A stretch of DNA of 64,000 nt from an uncultured Paraperlucidibaca sp. Lineage in GTDB: Bacteria; Pseudomonadota; Gammaproteobacteria; Pseudomonadales; Moraxellaceae. Below are positions 1 to 9,158 of this stretch, piece after piece. The notes beneath the pieces were generated by a model. That model worked only from the letters and a program-made list of their open reading frames with translations, ran no database searches and was not told the origin of the DNA. The DNA is taken from the NCBI GenBank assembly GCA_964511255.1, contig CAZEEQ010000014.1, forward strand, positions 1,486 to 65,485, written 5' to 3'. Numbering within the stretch: the first letter of the stretch is position 1; every line of letters starts with the position of its first letter. The position numbers and the translations under genes are program-made.

Positions 1-1040
1 CCATTGCCTCCCAGGCACTGGATCGCCTGCCCGGCCATCCAGGTCGCCTGCTCGGCGGAATAGAGAATGGCGCCGGCGGCATCCTTGCGCACCACCTCAC
101 CGCGGTCGCAGGCCTTGGCGACGGTGTAGACATAGGCGCGGCTGGTGTTGAGCGCAACATACATGTCGGCGAGCTTGCCCTGCATGAGCTGGAATTCGCC
201 GATGGCCTGGCCGAACTGCTTGCGCTCGTGAATATAGGGCAGCACGACATCCAGACAGCCGGCCATGACGCCGAGCGGGCCGCCGCTGAGGATGGTGCGT
301 TCGAAGTCGAGGCCGGACATGAGCACGCGCACGCCGCCGTTGACCTGGCCGAGCACGTTCTCGACCGGCACTTCGCAGTCCTGGAACACCAGCTCGCAGG
401 TGTTGGAGCCGCGCATGCCGAGCTTGTCGAGCTTCTGCGCCGTCGAGAAGCCCTTGAAACCCTTCTCGATGATGAACGCGGTGATGCCGCGCGGGCCTGC
501 GCTGATGTCGGTCTTGGCATAGACCACCAGCACGTCGGCATCGGGGCCGTTGGTGATCCACATCTTGTTGCCGTTGAGGACGTAATGGTCGCCCTTGAGT
601 TCGGCACGCAGCTTCATGCTGACCACGTCGGAGCCGGCGTTGGGCTCGGACATCGCCAGCGCGCCGACATGCTCGCCGGTCAGCAGCTTGGGCAGATATT
701 TGCGCTTCTGGGCATCGCTGCCGTTCTTGCGGATCTGGTTCACGCACAGGTTGGAGTGGGCACCATAGGACATGCCGATGGCCGCCGAGGCGCGCGAGAT
801 TTCCTCGACCACCACGGTATGGGCGAGATAGCCGAGACCGGCGCCGCCGTACTCCTCTTCGACGGTGATGCCGAGCAGGCCCATGTCGCCGAACTTGCGC
901 CACAGGGGCATGGGGAATTCGTTGTCACGGTCAACGGCATCCGCGATCGGGGAAATTTCGGCGAGCACGAACTGACGCACGCTGTCGCGCAGGGCATCGA
1001 TGGTGTCGCCGAGGTCATGATTGAGCGAAGGAAAATGCAT
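1..1040 (-). CDS. ivd: Isovaleryl-CoA dehydrogenase (3' end runs off the window)
   Basis: Not in the ORF track. Manual translation from ATG at 1040 gives [21 protein letters not shown]...[13 protein letters not shown]...[19 protein letters not shown]...[12 protein letters not shown]...[22 protein letters not shown]...AIQCLGGNG, typical IVD/acyl-CoA dehydrogenase motifs. Confidence 0.92.
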   Translation of the reverse strand, partial: MHFPSLNHDLGDTIDALRDSVRQFVLAEISPIADAVDRDNEFPMPLWRKFGDMGLLGITVEEEYGGAGLGYLAHTVVVEEISRASAAIGMSYGAHSNLCVNQIRKNGSDAQKRKYLPKLLTGEHVGALAMSEPNAGSDVVSMKLRAELKGDHYVLNGNKMWITNGPDADVLVVYAKTDISAGPRGITAFIIEKGFKGFSTAQKLDKLGMRGSNTCELVFQDCEVPVENVLGQVNGGVRVLMSGLDFERTILSGGPLGVMAGCLDVVLPYIHERKQFGQAIGEFQLMQGKLADMYVALNTSRAYVYTVAKACDRGEVVRKDAAGAILYSAEQATWMAGQAIQCLGGN

Positions 1041-1124
1041 GATGGTCACTTTTCTGACGTATGTGGGTGGTGACTGCAGGTTCTGACGGAGAACGAGTGT
1101 GGAATCCGCGGACGGTCAGGACAA

Positions 1125-1181
1125 TGAGGAAAGAGGCAATAAAATAGATAAAAAGAGACATGAAACTGACGAATAGTGGCA
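1125..1181 (-). promoter_or_regulatory. Putative AraC-family tandem binding sites upstream of ivd
   Basis: AT-rich divergent intergenic region; minus-strand TGCC-N7-GTCA and TGTC-N7-ATCT spaced 21 bp apart, plus a third degenerate copy. Confidence 0.35.
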
Positions 1182-1241
1182 ATATGCCCGATTAAAACCG
1201 CATTTCACCGATTTAATGGGACATCACCTCGTGAGCTGCCG

Positions 1242-2297
1242 ATGAATCCGCTACACCACACCGTGTCCCCGCATGTGATCCGCGCCATGCTGGTGCGCGC
1301 CACCGCGACCGGCCATGACCGCCAGGCCCTGCTCGACGAAGCCGGCATTCCGGCCGCCCTCCTGGATGACCCCGGCGCCCGCATGCTGCCGGTGCAGTTT
1401 GCCAACCTCATGCGGGCACTCTGGCGCCTGTCGGGCGATGAGTTCATGGGCTTCACCGAGCACCCCAGCCGGGTCGGCACGTTCCCCCTCATGATGCATG
1501 CCGCGCTGGCAGCCGAGACCCTGGGCGAAGCCCTGCGCCACGGCTGCCACTTCTATCGCGTGCTCAGCGACGAGATTTCCCTGAGCCTGCGGGAAAGCGA
1601 TGGTCAGGCATATTTCAGTCTGCGTCTGCGGCGGCCGGAGCTGGACACCAGTCATGTCCTCAACGAGACCATCATGCTGTGTTGGTATCGCTTCGCCAGT
1701 TGGCTGATCAACCGCCGCATCCTGCTGCAGGAGACGCGGTTCGACTATCCCGTACCGCCCCACGTTGCCGAGTACCACCAGATCTACCCCTGCAGCCATT
1801 ACTTCGACCGCGAGGAAACCGCGCTGGTTTTCGATGCCCGCATTCTGGATCTGCCGGTCACGCGCAACCGTGACGAGCTCAAGATGCTGATCCGCGAACT
1901 GCCGCTGGGCTTTTTCGTGAAACCGGTGTTTCAGGGCAGCTTCGGGCACCGCGTGCGCAGCCGGCTGCTGCGCAGTCCGGAGGAAGGCTATCCGGCGCTG
2001 GAGAAGGTGGCTGAGGAGTTTTTCATGACCGGGCGCACATTGCGCCGCAAATTGCTGGAGGAAGGCACCAGCTTTCAAGTCATCAAGGATGACCTGCGCC
2101 GCGAACAGGCCATGGCGTTGTTGCGGCAGACCCGCGAACCGATCCAGGTCATTGCGCAGCAGGTGGGCTTCCGCGAAGCCACGGTTTTCATCAAGGCCTT
2201 CCGGCAATGGACCGGGATGACGCCCGGCGACTACCGGGCGCGCACCCTCAGGCGCCGCGAAACCCCGCCCTCAGACCCGCGCAGCGCGCCGGCCTGA
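1242..2297 (+). CDS. AraC-family transcriptional regulator (OruR/ArgR-like, N-terminal ligand domain plus HTH)
   Basis: C-terminal RTLRRKLLEEGTSF...IAQQVGFREATVFIKAFRQWTGMTPGDYR AraC signature; start moved to ATG 1242. Confidence 0.9.
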   Translation: MNPLHHTVSPHVIRAMLVRATATGHDRQALLDEAGIPAALLDDPGARMLPVQFANLMRALWRLSGDEFMGFTEHPSRVGTFPLMMHAALAAETLGEALRHGCHFYRVLSDEISLSLRESDGQAYFSLRLRRPELDTSHVLNETIMLCWYRFASWLINRRILLQETRFDYPVPPHVAEYHQIYPCSHYFDREETALVFDARILDLPVTRNRDELKMLIRELPLGFFVKPVFQGSFGHRVRSRLLRSPEEGYPALEKVAEEFFMTGRTLRRKLLEEGTSFQVIKDDLRREQAMALLRQTREPIQVIAQQVGFREATVFIKAFRQWTGMTPGDYRARTLRRRETPPSDPRSAPA

Positions 2298-2305
2298 GCT
2301 GACGT

Positions 2306-3265
2306 TCAGGACTGTACGAACGCCGCGATATCGGCAATCGCCGCATCGGCCTCGGGCAGCAGTGAACCCAGCATCTGGAAGTCATGCCACATGCCCTGCC
2401 AGACCGCGAGCGTGAGGTCCCAGCCGGCGGCGGCGGCGCGCTCGGCGAGGCGCTCGGAGTCGCTCAGCAGAATCTCCTCCGAGCCGACCTGCACCAGTGT
2501 CGGCGGCAGTCCGGAGAGATCAGCGAACAGCGGCGAAATCAGCGGATGGGCGGCATCGGTGAGGCCGGTATAGAGCGGTGTCTTGGCCAGGATCCATTTC
2601 AGCGTCAGCATGGGGTCGATGCCATTTTTGCTGTGCAGTGTCTCGCCGGCCAGCGTGAGGTCGGTCCAGGGTGAAATCAGCACCAGCTTGCCGGGCTGCG
2701 GCAGCCCCTGGTCACGAATCGAGAGCGCCAGTGCCAGCGCCAGTCCGCCGCCGGCAGAGTCGCCCATGAGGACAATGCGCTGCGGCTCGACCCCACGCGC
2801 AAGCACGGCACGATAGGCTGCCAGGACATCATTGAGCCCCGCCGGGAAGACATGCTCCGGCGCCAGCCGGTAATGCGGCACATAGGTCGTGGCCTGGAGG
2901 GCGAGCGCCAGGCGCGAGGTCAGCGGCCGGTGGGTACGCGGGGAACAGACGACATAGCCGCCGCCATGGACATAGAACAGGACACGATCACTCGCGCCTT
3001 CAGCCGGCGTGATGAGTTCGGCACGGATCGGCCCCAGCGCCGTTTCCGATACCTGCGCCGCCCGTGGCACCCAGCCGTTGTTCAGCAGCGCGCCGGTGAT
3101 CCTGCGCTGCCAGGTCACCGGCAACGTGCTGCTGCTCCAGAGCGGACGAATGGTGCTGCGGATCACCAGAGGCAATACCTGCCGCGCCACCAGACTCTGC
3201 AATTTGCGTACGCCGCCCAGCGGGATCCTGACGTTGGTACGCACCACTTGTCCTGCCTCTGCCAT
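2306..3265 (-). CDS. Alpha/beta-hydrolase, HSL-family esterase
   Basis: HGGGY oxyanion motif, GDSAGG nucleophile, C-terminal MWHDFQ His. Confidence 0.9.
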   Translation of the reverse strand: MAEAGQVVRTNVRIPLGGVRKLQSLVARQVLPLVIRSTIRPLWSSSTLPVTWQRRITGALLNNGWVPRAAQVSETALGPIRAELITPAEGASDRVLFYVHGGGYVVCSPRTHRPLTSRLALALQATTYVPHYRLAPEHVFPAGLNDVLAAYRAVLARGVEPQRIVLMGDSAGGGLALALALSIRDQGLPQPGKLVLISPWTDLTLAGETLHSKNGIDPMLTLKWILAKTPLYTGLTDAAHPLISPLFADLSGLPPTLVQVGSEEILLSDSERLAERAAAAGWDLTLAVWQGMWHDFQMLGSLLPEADAAIADIAAFVQS

Positions 3266-3332
3266 TGTCCTGCTCCCGTCACTCAGCCAACGATTGAAAT
3301 GTCCTGTCTGGCGCACAAAAACCCGTCAAGAG

Positions 3333-4796
3333 TCAGGTTTCCATCCGGTAGTGCGACCAGTCCGGGCGCTTTGTACGCCAGCGGTATTCAAAGGTAAAGC
3401 CCGGCCAGTTGGTGACATTGCGCCCGGCCGCATTGACATACCAGCTATTGCAACCGGACTGCCACACCGACTTGCGCAGGCGCGCCTGCAGATCCGTGTT
3501 GAACGCCCCCTGCGCCGACGATTTGACGTCGAGCACGCGCACGCGCTCCTTGACCAGCTTGCTCACACACTGGCGGATGTAATTCATCTGGCTCTCCAGC
3601 ATGAGGATGATGGAGCTGTGGCCGAGGTTGGTGTTGGGGCCGTAGATCATGAACAGATTGGGGAAGTTGGCCACGGTCATGCCGAGATAGGCCTCGGCCC
3701 CGTCACGCCAGGCGGCATTGAGGTCCTGCCCGTTGCGGCCGCGGATGGTCAGCGGCGCCAGAAACTCCGTGGCCTTGAAACCGGTGCCATAAATAATGAC
3801 ATCGACTTCATGGTGCACGCCGTCAGCCCCGGTGATGCCGGTCGCATCCACCGATTGCACGCCACCGTTGACCACACTCACATGCGGCCGCGCCAGCGCC
3901 GGGTAGTACTCGGTCGACAGCAGGATGCGCTTGCAGCCGATCGGATCGGTCGGCATCAGCTTGGCGCGCAGCACGGGGTCCGGGATCTGCTCGGTCAGCA
4001 TCTTCTCGAAGCGATGCTGCATGACCACCAGAAAATTCTGCAGCGAGGTGAAGGCCAGTGCACGGTACTCATGCGCAAGGTACTGCCAGATGCGGCTGCC
4101 GGCCTGCATGCGCGGCGCCTGCTCGAACGCCATCTTTTCCAGCTCGAAATAACCGCGATCCGGCTTGGGAATCACATGCGGTGCCGAGCGCTGGAACAGC
4201 ACCAGGCTGCTGACCCGGGGCACGATTTCCGGGACGAACTGGATGGCACTGGCGCCGGTACCGACCACCGCAACGCGTTTGCCCGTGAGGTCGCAATCGT
4301 GGCGCCAGGTCGCCGAATGAAAGACTTCACCCTGAAAGCTGTCGATGCCCGGCACTTCCGGATAGGCCGGCCGGTTGAGCTGGCCCATGGCCGTGATCAG
4401 TGCCCGGGTCAGGTAAACCTCGCCGGCGCGCGTGGTGACGCGCCACACCCCGGCAGCCTCATCAAACTCGGCGTGCGCGACTTCGCTGTGGAAACGGATT
4501 TGCGGCGTCACGCCGAACTCATCGGCGCAACGGCGGATGTAGCCGTGAATCTCGTCCTGCTGCGCGTACTTGCGTGTCCAGTGCGCATTCGGCGCGAAGG
4601 AAAACGAGTAGAGGTGCGATGGCACATCACAGGCTGCGCCGGGATACTGGTTGTCGCGCCAGACACCGCCGACATCGCCGGCCTTCTCCAACACCAGATA
4701 ATTGCTGATGCCGGCCTCCTGGAGCTGCACGGCCATGCCGATGCCGCCGAATCCGGTGCCGATGATGAGTGCGTCAAGCACAGGGGTCGCTGTCAT
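3333..4796 (-). CDS. Baeyer-Villiger/flavin-containing monooxygenase
   Basis: GTGFGG and GTGASA Rossmann motifs, GGVWRDNQYPGAACD, type I BVMO fingerprint FQGEVFHSATW. Confidence 0.92.
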   Translation of the reverse strand: MTATPVLDALIIGTGFGGIGMAVQLQEAGISNYLVLEKAGDVGGVWRDNQYPGAACDVPSHLYSFSFAPNAHWTRKYAQQDEIHGYIRRCADEFGVTPQIRFHSEVAHAEFDEAAGVWRVTTRAGEVYLTRALITAMGQLNRPAYPEVPGIDSFQGEVFHSATWRHDCDLTGKRVAVVGTGASAIQFVPEIVPRVSSLVLFQRSAPHVIPKPDRGYFELEKMAFEQAPRMQAGSRIWQYLAHEYRALAFTSLQNFLVVMQHRFEKMLTEQIPDPVLRAKLMPTDPIGCKRILLSTEYYPALARPHVSVVNGGVQSVDATGITGADGVHHEVDVIIYGTGFKATEFLAPLTIRGRNGQDLNAAWRDGAEAYLGMTVANFPNLFMIYGPNTNLGHSSIILMLESQMNYIRQCVSKLVKERVRVLDVKSSAQGAFNTDLQARLRKSVWQSGCNSWYVNAAGRNVTNWPGFTFEYRWRTKRPDWSHYRMET

Positions 4797-4865
4797 GTCG
4801 GAATACTCTCGAAGCGCAGTAGGGATCATGTCCGGCAGACTAAACCGACGTTCGTCTGATCGTTA

Positions 4866-4901
4866 TGGTCATACTGGCCAAAATATTGATATTTTCTGCC
4901 A
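4866..4901 (-). promoter_or_regulatory. Putative AraC-family tandem binding sites upstream of the BVMO gene
   Basis: Minus-strand TGGC-N7-ATCA and TGGC-N7-ACCA at a 21-bp period; contains the inverted repeat AAAATAT-TG-ATATTTT (4880-4895). Confidence 0.4.
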
Positions 4902-4926
4902 AACCGACCAATGCCCGACAGCCACC

Positions 4927-5952
4927 ATGAATCACTGGGATTTCCCGCGCAGTACCGCCAGCGTCAACATCCTGCTGCAACTGGCCGGCGAGCACGGCCT
5001 CACGCCCGAGTCCTGCCTGCACGGCACACGCATCACACCGGAAGCACTGCAGAATCCTCAGGCCACCCTCAGCGCCCATGACGAGCTGCAGGTCGCCCGC
5101 CAGCTGCAGCAGCACCTCGGCAGTGAACGCTGCCTGGGTCTGGAGGCCGGACTGCGCTACCACCTCAGCAGCTACGGCATCTGGGGCTTCGCCATGCTCA
5201 GCAGCCCGACACTGCGCAGCGCCGTCGAACTGGGACTGCGCTATGTCGAGCTGACCTTTGCCTTCTGCCGCCTGCAGGCCGAACCTGTCGGCAGCGACCT
5301 CCGTCTCACCATTGATGCCAGCGACCTGCCGCCGGATATGCGCCGCTTCATGATCGAGCGCGAAGCGGCTGCCATCATGACCATCCAGCGCGAGCTCTTC
5401 GCCCAGGAACTGCCGCTCCAGTTGACCAGCCTGGCCTTCCCGGCGGACCACCGGAGCACACGCTACCAGGCTGTTTTCGGGGAGCTGGTCACCTTCGACA
5501 ACGAGATAACCTGCGCCATCATCCCCGGCGCCCTGCTGGATCTGCCCCTGCCGCAGGCGAATCCCGTCACTGCCGCCTTTTGCGAAGCCCAATGCCGCGA
5601 CATGCTGGATCGCCACCGCCAGCGTTCCGGCCTGTCCGGTCGGGTGCGCGATCTGTTGCTGCGTCATCCGGGCAGAATGCCCGACATGGCCAGCGTGGCC
5701 GATCAGCTCTGCCTGAGCCTGCGCAGCCTGCACCGTCACCTCAGTGCCGAGCAGACCTCCTTTCGCGCGCTCGTCGACGAAATTCGCCAGACCCTGGCCG
5801 AAGAACTGTTGAACACACAACGCCTTGGCGTCGGGCAGGTCGCGGAGCGGCTGGGCTATGCCGAGCCGGCCAGCTTTCTGCACGCCTTCAAACGCTGGAA
5901 AGGCATGACACCGGGACAATGGCAGGCGCAGCGACAAGGCGAAGCCCGCTGA
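4927..5952 (+). CDS. AraC-family transcriptional regulator
   Basis: SYGIWGFAMLSSPTLRSA N-terminal motif; VAERLGYAEPASFLHAFKRWKGMTP HTH; start moved to ATG 4927. Confidence 0.9.
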   Translation: MNHWDFPRSTASVNILLQLAGEHGLTPESCLHGTRITPEALQNPQATLSAHDELQVARQLQQHLGSERCLGLEAGLRYHLSSYGIWGFAMLSSPTLRSAVELGLRYVELTFAFCRLQAEPVGSDLRLTIDASDLPPDMRRFMIEREAAAIMTIQRELFAQELPLQLTSLAFPADHRSTRYQAVFGELVTFDNEITCAIIPGALLDLPLPQANPVTAAFCEAQCRDMLDRHRQRSGLSGRVRDLLLRHPGRMPDMASVADQLCLSLRSLHRHLSAEQTSFRALVDEIRQTLAEELLNTQRLGVGQVAERLGYAEPASFLHAFKRWKGMTPGQWQAQRQGEAR

Positions 5953-5981
5953 GCGGTCGGCACAAAATTTCAGCATTTTCG

Positions 5982-6010
5982 TTGAAGCGCCGGATTGCTT
6001 CTGGTATAAA
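5982..6010 (+). promoter_or_regulatory. Sigma70-type promoter of rpmBG
   Basis: TTGAAG-N17-TATAAA with an extended -10 TG, about 90 nt upstream of rpmB. Confidence 0.55.
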
Positions 6011-6096
6011 TCGCGCCCTTGCTGTCAGCCGGCCTTTCCGTCGGCGTCGCATCGCTGCACTGGGCGGCGAGTAGAATTGCATCGCGGAGACGAGAA

Positions 6097-6333
6097 ATGT
6101 CCAAGGTTTGCCAAGTTACCGGCAAGCGTCCGATCGTTGGCAACAACGTGTCGCACGCAAACAACAAAACGAAGCGTCGCTTCGAACCGAATCTGCACTA
6201 TCACCGTTTCTGGCTGGAAAGCGAGAAGCGTTTTGTGCGCCTGCGTGTGTCCACCAAGGGCATGCGCACCATCGACAAGCTGGGTGTTGACGTGATCGTT
6301 GCTGATCTGCGCGCTCAGGGCGTCAAGGTCTAA
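6097..6333 (+). CDS. rpmB: 50S ribosomal protein L28
   Basis: [33 protein letters not shown]. Confidence 0.98.
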   Translation: MSKVCQVTGKRPIVGNNVSHANNKTKRRFEPNLHYHRFWLESEKRFVRLRVSTKGMRTIDKLGVDVIVADLRAQGVKV

Positions 6334-6344
6334 GGAGCTGAATC

Positions 6345-6500
6345 ATGCGTGACAAGATCCGTCTCGTGTCCACTGCTGGCACCGGCTACTTCTACACGAC
6401 CACGAAGAACAAGCGCACCATGCCGGAAAAGATGGAGATCAAGAAGTTTGATCCCAAGATCCGTCAGCACGTGATCTTCAAGGAAGCCAAGATCAAGTAA
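6345..6500 (+). CDS. rpmG: 50S ribosomal protein L33
   Basis: Below the ORF-track cutoff; [59 protein letters not shown]. Confidence 0.98.
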   Translation: MRDKIRLVSTAGTGYFYTTTKNKRTMPEKMEIKKFDPKIRQHVIFKEAKIK

Positions 6501-6515
6501 TTGATCGCTTCCGGT

Positions 6516-6548
6516 ACAAAAGAGCCCGACTTGTTCGGGTTTTTTTGT
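6516..6548 (+). terminator. Rho-independent terminator after rpmG
   Basis: AAAAGAGCCCGA-cttgt-TCGGGTTTTTTT stem-loop with U tract. Confidence 0.85.
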
Positions 6549-6619
6549 GCCTGTGCAGTTCATGTCGATTTGCCAGGCGGCCTATACTCCGTGAGCCCTG
6601 TTTTACGGATGTCTGCCCG

Positions 6620-7426
6620 ATGACTTCTGCGCACCCGACCGACCCTTCTTTCCGCCCGGGCATCATTGCCTGGCGCTGGCGTCAGTCCAGACTGCAGCCC
6701 ATCGAGGCCGTGCAGCACGCTCAGCTGAAGGATCTGCTGGGCATCGAACGCCAGAAAGCGGCCATGCGACTGAATACCGAGCAGTTCGTGCGCGGACTCC
6801 CGGCCAATCATGCCCTGCTCACCGGCGCCCGCGGCACCGGCAAGTCCACGCTGGTCAAGGCCCTGCTCACCGAATTCGCCGATCAGGGCCTGCGCCTGAT
6901 CGAAGTGGCGCCACACGATCTCATCGATTTGCCCGACATTGTTGCGCCCCTGCGGGGCCGAGCCGAGCGTTTCATCCTGTATGTCGACGACTTCTCGGTC
7001 GCCAGCCAGGATCCGGCACTGATTGCGCTCAAGACGGCACTCGACGGGGGTATCGAAGAAGCCCCGGATAATGTCATTGTCTATGCCACCAGCAACCGCC
7101 GCTATCTGATGCCGACACTGCAGGCCGACAACCGCGAATACCAGTGGGTCGAAGACGAAGTCCATCCGGGCGAATCGACAGAAGAGAAAATTTCGCTTTC
7201 CGAGCGCTTTGGTCTCTGGCTGTCTTTCCTGGCGTTCAATCAGGAAGACTACCTGAGCCTGGTGCAGCATCACCTGCGGCAACTGGGCTACCCTGACTGG
7301 CACGACGAAGTCCGCGGCGAGTCACTGCGCTGGGCCCAGACCCGGGCTTCGCGCAGCGGCCGTGTCGCCCAGCAATTCGCGCGCGACTGGAGCGGCCGCC
7401 AGGCGCTCCGCGCTCATGCCCGGTAA
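6620..7426 (+). CDS. DUF815-family AAA+ ATP-binding protein
   Basis: ANHALLTGARGTGKS Walker A, YATSNRRYL, EEKISLSERFGLWLSF. Confidence 0.88.
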   Translation: MTSAHPTDPSFRPGIIAWRWRQSRLQPIEAVQHAQLKDLLGIERQKAAMRLNTEQFVRGLPANHALLTGARGTGKSTLVKALLTEFADQGLRLIEVAPHDLIDLPDIVAPLRGRAERFILYVDDFSVASQDPALIALKTALDGGIEEAPDNVIVYATSNRRYLMPTLQADNREYQWVEDEVHPGESTEEKISLSERFGLWLSFLAFNQEDYLSLVQHHLRQLGYPDWHDEVRGESLRWAQTRASRSGRVAQQFARDWSGRQALRAHAR

Positions 7427-7462
7427 ACGGCCACACGAACACTCAGCGAACAAGGAGCAAGA

Positions 7463-8113
7463 ATGGCCTCGGTCAACCCGCCCCGATCCCGTTTCACTGC
7501 CAGTAGCAGCGAGACCGACCTGATCAACGGGCTGCGCAGCAGCGATCGCGAGGCCTACCATGAGGCCATGCGGCGCTTTGGCGGCTCCATGCTGGCCTCG
7601 GCTCGCGCCATCGCGCCGCAGCATGCCGAGGATGCCGTGCAGGAAGCCTGGATTTCAGTCTACGGCGCCATCGGCAAGTTCGAAGGACGCTCCGGCCTCA
7701 AGACCTGGCTGGTGCGCATCACCATCAACAAAACCTACAACCACCTGCGCAGCCTGCAGCGGGAAGTGTCGCTGGAAGGCCTGGAAAGCGAGCATGACCC
7801 GCTGGCCGGTGCCTTTATTCCCGGCGGCAAGTTCGGCACCCAGTGGGGTATGCAGTTCCAGCAATGGAGCGATGACACGCCGGATGCCCTGCTGCAGGCC
7901 AATGTTCTGCAAGAATGTCTGGACCACCACATGGCTGATCTGCCCGAAGGCCAGCGCCTGGCACTGACCCTGAAAGACATTGAAGGTCTTTCTCCGAAGG
8001 AAATCTGTAACACTTTGTCGATTACGCCATCTAACTTCAGGGTGCTGCTGCATCGCGCCCGAATTCGCGTATTTACCATGGTGTCGCACTACGAGGAGAC
8101 CGGAGAATGCTGA
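7463..8113 (+). CDS. ECF RNA polymerase sigma factor
   Basis: AEDAVQEAW...FEGRSGLKTWLVRI region 2; EICNTLSITPSNFRVLLHRAR region 4. Confidence 0.92.
   Translation: MASVNPPRSRFTASSSETDLINGLRSSDREAYHEAMRRFGGSMLASARAIAPQHAEDAVQEAWISVYGAIGKFEGRSGLKTWLVRITINKTYNHLRSLQREVSLEGLESEHDPLAGAFIPGGKFGTQWGMQFQQWSDDTPDALLQANVLQECLDHHMADLPEGQRLALTLKDIEGLSPKEICNTLSITPSNFRVLLHRARIRVFTMVSHYEETGEC
8005..8035 (+). promoter_or_regulatory. Candidate ECF promoter inside the sigma gene, upstream of the anti-sigma gene
   Basis: CTGTAAC-N13-CGCCATCTAAC, same spacing as the copies at 9074 and 9054. Confidence 0.5.
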
Positions 8114-8355
8114 ACTGTCGCGATGTCGGCACGAATGCCACCGAATTTCTCTCGGGTGCGCTGCCCTGGCGCATCAATATCCAGGTTGTCTGGCATTTGC
8201 TGCGCTGCGGCAACTGCCGCCTGGCCGTGATCCAGGTTCTGACCCTGCTGCGCGCGCTGGCACGACGCCAGCCCAAGCCACCGACAGAAGCCCAGATCCA
8301 GGCCTGGATGGCGGCACTGGATCACGACCACTCACAGCACCCGCACTCGCACTGA
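8107..8355 (+). CDS. zf-HC2 (ZAS) anti-sigma factor with His-rich tail
   Basis: MLNCRDV...HLLRCGNC (HxxxCxxC); overlaps the sigma stop; C-terminus DHDHSQHPHSH. Confidence 0.85.
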   Translation: MLNCRDVGTNATEFLSGALPWRINIQVVWHLLRCGNCRLAVIQVLTLLRALARRQPKPPTEAQIQAWMAALDHDHSQHPHSH

Positions 8356-8964
8356 TCAGCCGCGCACCTTGCGCGCCAGCCAGTAATCGAGACTGACATA
8401 CCGGCCGCCGCCCTGGACCATCAGGGCGAGCAGCATGGCCGCATAAGTCACGGCAAACTCGATGCCATTATTGAGAATGGCCACTGAGCCGCTGGATGTC
8501 AGCCAGTCGTAATCGCCATGTTCCTGCAGCAGCTCACGAATGCGATCCAGTTTCTCGCCGGCCATCCGCACCTGATCATTGGCAAACGGCCCTGTCGGGT
8601 CGGCAATAGCCTGCCAGCCATTCTCCAGATGCACCGCGAATATCGCGACCAGCATGGTCACCAGCAGCGGAATGCAAACCCAGCGCGTGGCCAGGCCCAC
8701 CGCGAGCAGGACGGCGCCCGCCAGCTCGGCAGCCGTTGCCAGCGCCGCCATCAGCAGTGGAAAAGGCAGACCCAGCCCGCCGTCCGGACTGCCGAACCAC
8801 TCCACGGTCGCCGAAAAATGGGTCAGCTTCTGCATGCCGGCCATCCAGAACACCGGCACCAAATACAACCTGAGCACGAGCGCGGGCAAGCCGTCGACGT
8901 GACGCAGCGGCGCGCTCCAGCGCAGGATCAGTGCATCCGTTTGATGCCATAGGCAATTTTTCAT
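8356..8964 (-). CDS. DoxX-family membrane protein (HvfX-like)
   Basis: LRLYLVPVFWMAGMQK, GLATR, ILNNGIEFA, GGGRYVSLD; lies beside the MNIO locus. Confidence 0.88.
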   Translation of the reverse strand: MKNCLWHQTDALILRWSAPLRHVDGLPALVLRLYLVPVFWMAGMQKLTHFSATVEWFGSPDGGLGLPFPLLMAALATAAELAGAVLLAVGLATRWVCIPLLVTMLVAIFAVHLENGWQAIADPTGPFANDQVRMAGEKLDRIRELLQEHGDYDWLTSSGSVAILNNGIEFAVTYAAMLLALMVQGGGRYVSLDYWLARKVRG

Positions 8965-9026
8965 GACAGGTTATCTCCGAGGTCAAACAGGGGTTCCGCA
9001 GGCTGCGGACATTGGTGCTACCTTAC

Positions 9027-9054
9027 AGATGCGCTGACGGCCGGAAAATTACAG
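9027..9054 (-). promoter_or_regulatory. Candidate ECF promoter of the DoxX gene
   Basis: Minus strand CTGTAA-N14-GCGCATCT. Confidence 0.6.
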
Positions 9055-9073
9055 AAAAGAATTATCGGCAGCT

Positions 9074-9104
9074 CTGTAACAGACACCCCATTGGCGTATC
9101 TAAC
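9074..9104 (+). promoter_or_regulatory. Candidate ECF promoter of the RiPP precursor operon
   Basis: CTGTAA-N14-GCGTATCTAAC, about 55 nt upstream of the precursor ATG. Confidence 0.6.
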
Positions 9105-9158
9105 TGATGACACCAGCATGAAGTGTTGGCGCCAACCCCAAATTAGAGGAAAAGAATC

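Noticed and set aside
97..1073. ORF-track calls 97-903 (-) and 228-1073 (+)
   Set aside because: The real gene is ivd in another minus frame, missed by the track because it runs off the window edge
3009..4859. 616-aa plus-strand ORF, and similar long ORFs (11929-13587, 18071-19501, 42845-44638, 46748-48871, 59490-61235)
   Set aside because: Antisense shadows of well-supported genes, expected from high-GC codon bias; no recognisable motifs
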